NCBI GenBank assembly: GCA_044222475.1
Contig: JBGANF010000018.1
Coordinates: 1-64,000, forward strand
DNA length: 64,000 bases
Reading direction: 5' to 3'
DNA from: Polyangiaceae bacterium
GTDB taxonomy: Bacteria > Myxococcota_A > Polyangia > Polyangiales > Polyangiaceae
Program-made: the position numbers and the translations under genes
Shown: positions 61,251-64,000 of the stretch, piece after piece
Numbering within the stretch: the first letter of the stretch is position 1
Layout of the letters: each line of letters starts with the position of its first letter
Notes under the pieces: generated by a model
Told to the model about the DNA's origin: nothing
Database searches by the model: none
Seen by the model: the letters and a program-made list of their open reading frames with translations, nothing else

Positions 61251-62450
61251 ATGTCACGAACACGAGCTTGGGCACGAACGTGGATGATGGCGACCGTTGC
61301 GACGGGGATCGCGGCCGGCTTCGCGGCGTGCACCGGGGACGACACCCCACCGGCGGTCTTTCCCGACGCAGGGAGTGACGTCGTCGTGGTCGACACCGGG
61401 ACCGACGTCTCCACGCCCGACGCCGCTCCGCTCGAGAACGCGAAGGTCATCGTCGTGCACGCCTCGCCCGACGTACCCGCGGTTCGCGTGTGCTTCGGCA
61501 TCGGAACGAAGGCCGACGGGAGCGACGCGATCCTCTCGCCGCTGCCGCCGCTGCCCGACGTGCGATCCTCGTCGGGACAGCCGTACCCCGGCGTGTTCCC
61601 TGGTTTCGGCGCGCAGATGCCCGACGTGAAGGTCGACCTCTCGCCGGTGGCCGTGACGCCGTTCGTCGTCTTCGCGTCCGCGGTGAAGGACGTCGAGCGC
61701 ATCGACGGCGGCACCGCCGACGGCGGAGCGCTCGCCGGTTGCTCGAAGCTCATCGGTGGGGACGCGGCATCGCTGGTCGCAGGCGTCGACTACCTGAAGC
61801 TGCCGACGATCCCGCAGGGCACGCTCGCCAAGGGGACGACGCTGCTCCTCGCGATGACCGGCTGCCTGCCGATCGCCACCGACCCGAACGCGACCGCGGC
61901 GAAGTGCGGCAGCGACTACAACGGAGGCACCGGCAACGTCGCGGCCAAGCTCTTCGTCCTCGATCGGAAGCTCGGCGATCCGGCCAAGCTCGGCACCCGC
62001 GTCATCCACGCGTCGCAGCCGCTCGACGGAGTGAACACCGCGGCCGGATCGATCGGCCTCGTCGCGAGCCTCACCACCGTGTTCGACGGCGGAAGCGGCA
62101 GCCAGACGATCGTCGCCGCCGGCGACGGCTTCAAGTTCGGCGAGCAGAAGCCGACCGCTTCGCTCGGCGTGACGTTTCCGGTCGCCGCTGCCGACGGCAC
62201 GTTCTCGATCGCCGGAGCCCTCGCCGACGGCGGAACCGTGAGCGCCGCGAGCTTCCCGCTCACGAACGTCCACGCGCTCTCCACCGGCGCCTCGACCGGT
62301 GCGGACGCGTACTTCGGCAAAGGGCACAACGTCGCCTTCGTCGTCGTGGGAGATCCCAGCCAGTCGCTCGTGACCGACGCCGGCACGAACGGCACCGCGC
62401 TCCACGTCCTCGCGTTCCCGACGGATCCTCCGACCATCCCGTATCCCTGA
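61251..62450 (+). CDS. Lipoprotein with DUF4397-like domains
   Basis: Lipobox FAAC; AKVIVVHASPDVPAVRVC; second RVIHAS. Confidence 0.7.
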   Translation: MSRTRAWARTWMMATVATGIAAGFAACTGDDTPPAVFPDAGSDVVVVDTGTDVSTPDAAPLENAKVIVVHASPDVPAVRVCFGIGTKADGSDAILSPLPPLPDVRSSSGQPYPGVFPGFGAQMPDVKVDLSPVAVTPFVVFASAVKDVERIDGGTADGGALAGCSKLIGGDAASLVAGVDYLKLPTIPQGTLAKGTTLLLAMTGCLPIATDPNATAAKCGSDYNGGTGNVAAKLFVLDRKLGDPAKLGTRVIHASQPLDGVNTAAGSIGLVASLTTVFDGGSGSQTIVAAGDGFKFGEQKPTASLGVTFPVAAADGTFSIAGALADGGTVSAASFPLTNVHALSTGASTGADAYFGKGHNVAFVVVGDPSQSLVTDAGTNGTALHVLAFPTDPPTIPYP

Positions 62451-62453
62451 GCC

Positions 62454-63287
62454 GTGCGGGTCTTCGTCCTCGCGAGCGGTTCTTCGGGGAACGCCATCGT
62501 CGTCGAAGAGGGCGGCGTGCGGATCCTCGTCGACGCGGGCGTCGGACCGAAGACGGCGGCCGCGCGCATGCGCTCGCTCGGCGAAGATCTCTTCCCGCGC
62601 GGCGTCGACGCGATCGTCGTCAGCCACCACCACGGCGATCACGCGGCCCAGCTCGAGCCGCTGGCTCGCGCCTTTCGCGCCCCGAAGCGCGATCACCTGC
62701 CAGCTGGCGCGGCGCCGATGGTGTGGCTCCACGACGGCATCGACGCCGTGCGGGTGCGCCATCGCTACGAGGTCGCGCGCTTCGTCGCCGGTGGCGGCTT
62801 CGACGTCGGGCCGCTCCGCGTCGAGACGATGCTCGTCCCTCACGACGCGCCGCAGGTCGCGATCGCCGTCCACGGACGCGATCACAGCGTCGGCATCGTT
62901 ACCGATTTGGGACAAGTCCCGGCGAAGCTCGTCGGCTTCCTCGGCCGGTGCAACACCGTCCTGCTCGAGGCGAACTACTGCCCGCGCCTCCTCGAAGCGG
63001 GGCCGTACCCTCCTCACCTCAAGCGCCGCGTGGCCGGCCCCCTCGGTCACCTCGCCAACGAGGATGCCGCCGCCCTCGTCGCCGCGCTCCGCAAAGAGAG
63101 CACCACCGCGGTGCACCTCTGCCATCTGTCCCGGACCAACAACGAGCCCGCGCGGGCCCTCCAGGCGGTCCGCGCCCGTGCCGGCGACCTGCCGGTCGAC
63201 GTGCTCCCTCACGGCGAGGCACGCCTGCTCGAGCTCGCGCCGCGGAGCCGCCCCAGCTTCGTCCAGGTGAGCCTTCCGTTCGCGTGA
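62454..63287 (+). CDS. MBL-fold metallo-hydrolase (YycJ/WalJ-like)
   Basis: LASGSSGN, LVDAG, SHHHGDH, PHDA, TDLG, LEANY, GHLAN, HLSRTNN. Confidence 0.9.
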   Translation: MRVFVLASGSSGNAIVVEEGGVRILVDAGVGPKTAAARMRSLGEDLFPRGVDAIVVSHHHGDHAAQLEPLARAFRAPKRDHLPAGAAPMVWLHDGIDAVRVRHRYEVARFVAGGGFDVGPLRVETMLVPHDAPQVAIAVHGRDHSVGIVTDLGQVPAKLVGFLGRCNTVLLEANYCPRLLEAGPYPPHLKRRVAGPLGHLANEDAAALVAALRKESTTAVHLCHLSRTNNEPARALQAVRARAGDLPVDVLPHGEARLLELAPRSRPSFVQVSLPFA

Positions 63288-63321
63288 CAAAAGCCAGGCC
63301 TTTGGTAAAAGAGCCCTCCCC

Positions 63322-63600
63322 ATGTCCCGCATCGTCCACTGCAAGAAGCTCGACAAAGACCTCCCTGGGCTCGAGCGGCCGCCGTACAAAAACGATCTCG
63401 GCAAGCGCATCTACGAGGAGATCTCGAAAGAGGCCTGGGACATGTGGCTCAAGGACTCGGTGAAGTTCGTGAACACCTACCGGATCGACCTCGCGTCGTC
63501 GGAGGGTCAGAAGTTCATGTTCAAGCAGTGCGCCGTCTACTTCGGCTTCGAAGAAGGCGAGCTCGCCCAGACCGCTTTCGTCCCGGCGCCCGAAAAATGA
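63322..63600 (+). CDS. yggX: Fe(II)-trafficking / oxidative damage protection protein YggX
   Basis: MSRIVHCKKL...GLERPPY...LGKRIYEEISKEAW. Confidence 0.92.
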   Translation: MSRIVHCKKLDKDLPGLERPPYKNDLGKRIYEEISKEAWDMWLKDSVKFVNTYRIDLASSEGQKFMFKQCAVYFGFEEGELAQTAFVPAPEK

Positions 63601-64000
63601 CGATGCAGTCGAGCCCGCGCCCCTCCGCTCCGGGTCCGTTCGCGCGCACGGTGAAGGACGAGCTCACCCTCGGCGTCCCGGGCTTCCGCTTCCACGATCT
63701 CTTCGAGCCGCTGCGCTTGGCCGAGCTCCACGGGGTCTTCCAGCGCTTCTTCCAGGAGCGCGCGCCCGACGCGTTCGCGCAGTTCTCCGCGTACGAGAAG
63801 TGTCTCGGCGAAGGGATGACGGCCGAGGCGAAGAGCGAAGCGCTCCTCGCCGCTGCTCCCCACGTCAGCGCGTTCCTCGCGAAGCTCTTCTCCGTCGAGC
63901 GCGACGCGGAAGCCCTCGCCGCCGAGGTCCGCGATCGTCACCCGCTCTGGCGCTTCAAGCGCGACTTCGCCAAGAAGCGCGTCCTGCGCGACGGGGCAGG
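63597..64000 (+). CDS. N-terminus of a probable large FAD-dependent oxidoreductase (3'-partial)
   Basis: ATGA-coupled to yggX, open to window end: LGVPGFRFHDLFEPLRLAELH...SEALLAAAPHVSAFLAKLF; family recalled from the N-terminus only. Confidence 0.5.
   Translation, partial: MTMQSSPRPSAPGPFARTVKDELTLGVPGFRFHDLFEPLRLAELHGVFQRFFQERAPDAFAQFSAYEKCLGEGMTAEAKSEALLAAAPHVSAFLAKLFSVERDAEALAAEVRDRHPLWRFKRDFAKKRVLRDGA

Overview
GC-rich (roughly 70% by eye) chromosomal window, most likely from a myxobacterium (Myxococcota, Polyangiales-like). This is inferred from the MYXO-CTERM protein, FHA-type sigma54 activator, Ser/Thr kinase and many Cys-rich lipoproteins. Recognisable core loci: rpsO-pnp; rpoN-hpf-ptsN-hprK-rapZ-ptsH-ptsI; bfr-bfd with Fur-like boxes; a split kamD/kamE lysine 5,6-aminomutase; ygfZ, maf, RNase P RNA (rnpB), an A-type Fe-S carrier and yggX; and a CzcA-type RND pump followed by a hexamer-repeat tract and a RAYT-like HUH transposase. 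Best candidates for undescribed systems: (1) a coupled operon of a surface 5'-nucleotidase, a non-catalytic ExeM/YhcR-like OB-fold lipoprotein and an outer-membrane barrel, possibly a nucleic-acid scavenging complex; (2) a barrel-barrel-AMIN-LptD-like envelope cluster; (3) a bacterial POT transporter with a ~183-aa insert where animal PepT1/2 carry their extracellular domain. Also seen: a 30-nt repeat present twice, several sigma54 -24/-12 sites including one upstream of rpoN itself, and repeated TMLG motifs. No rRNA, tRNA or CRISPR array was recognised. All family calls come from motif recognition by eye, not database searches; start codons are best estimates.
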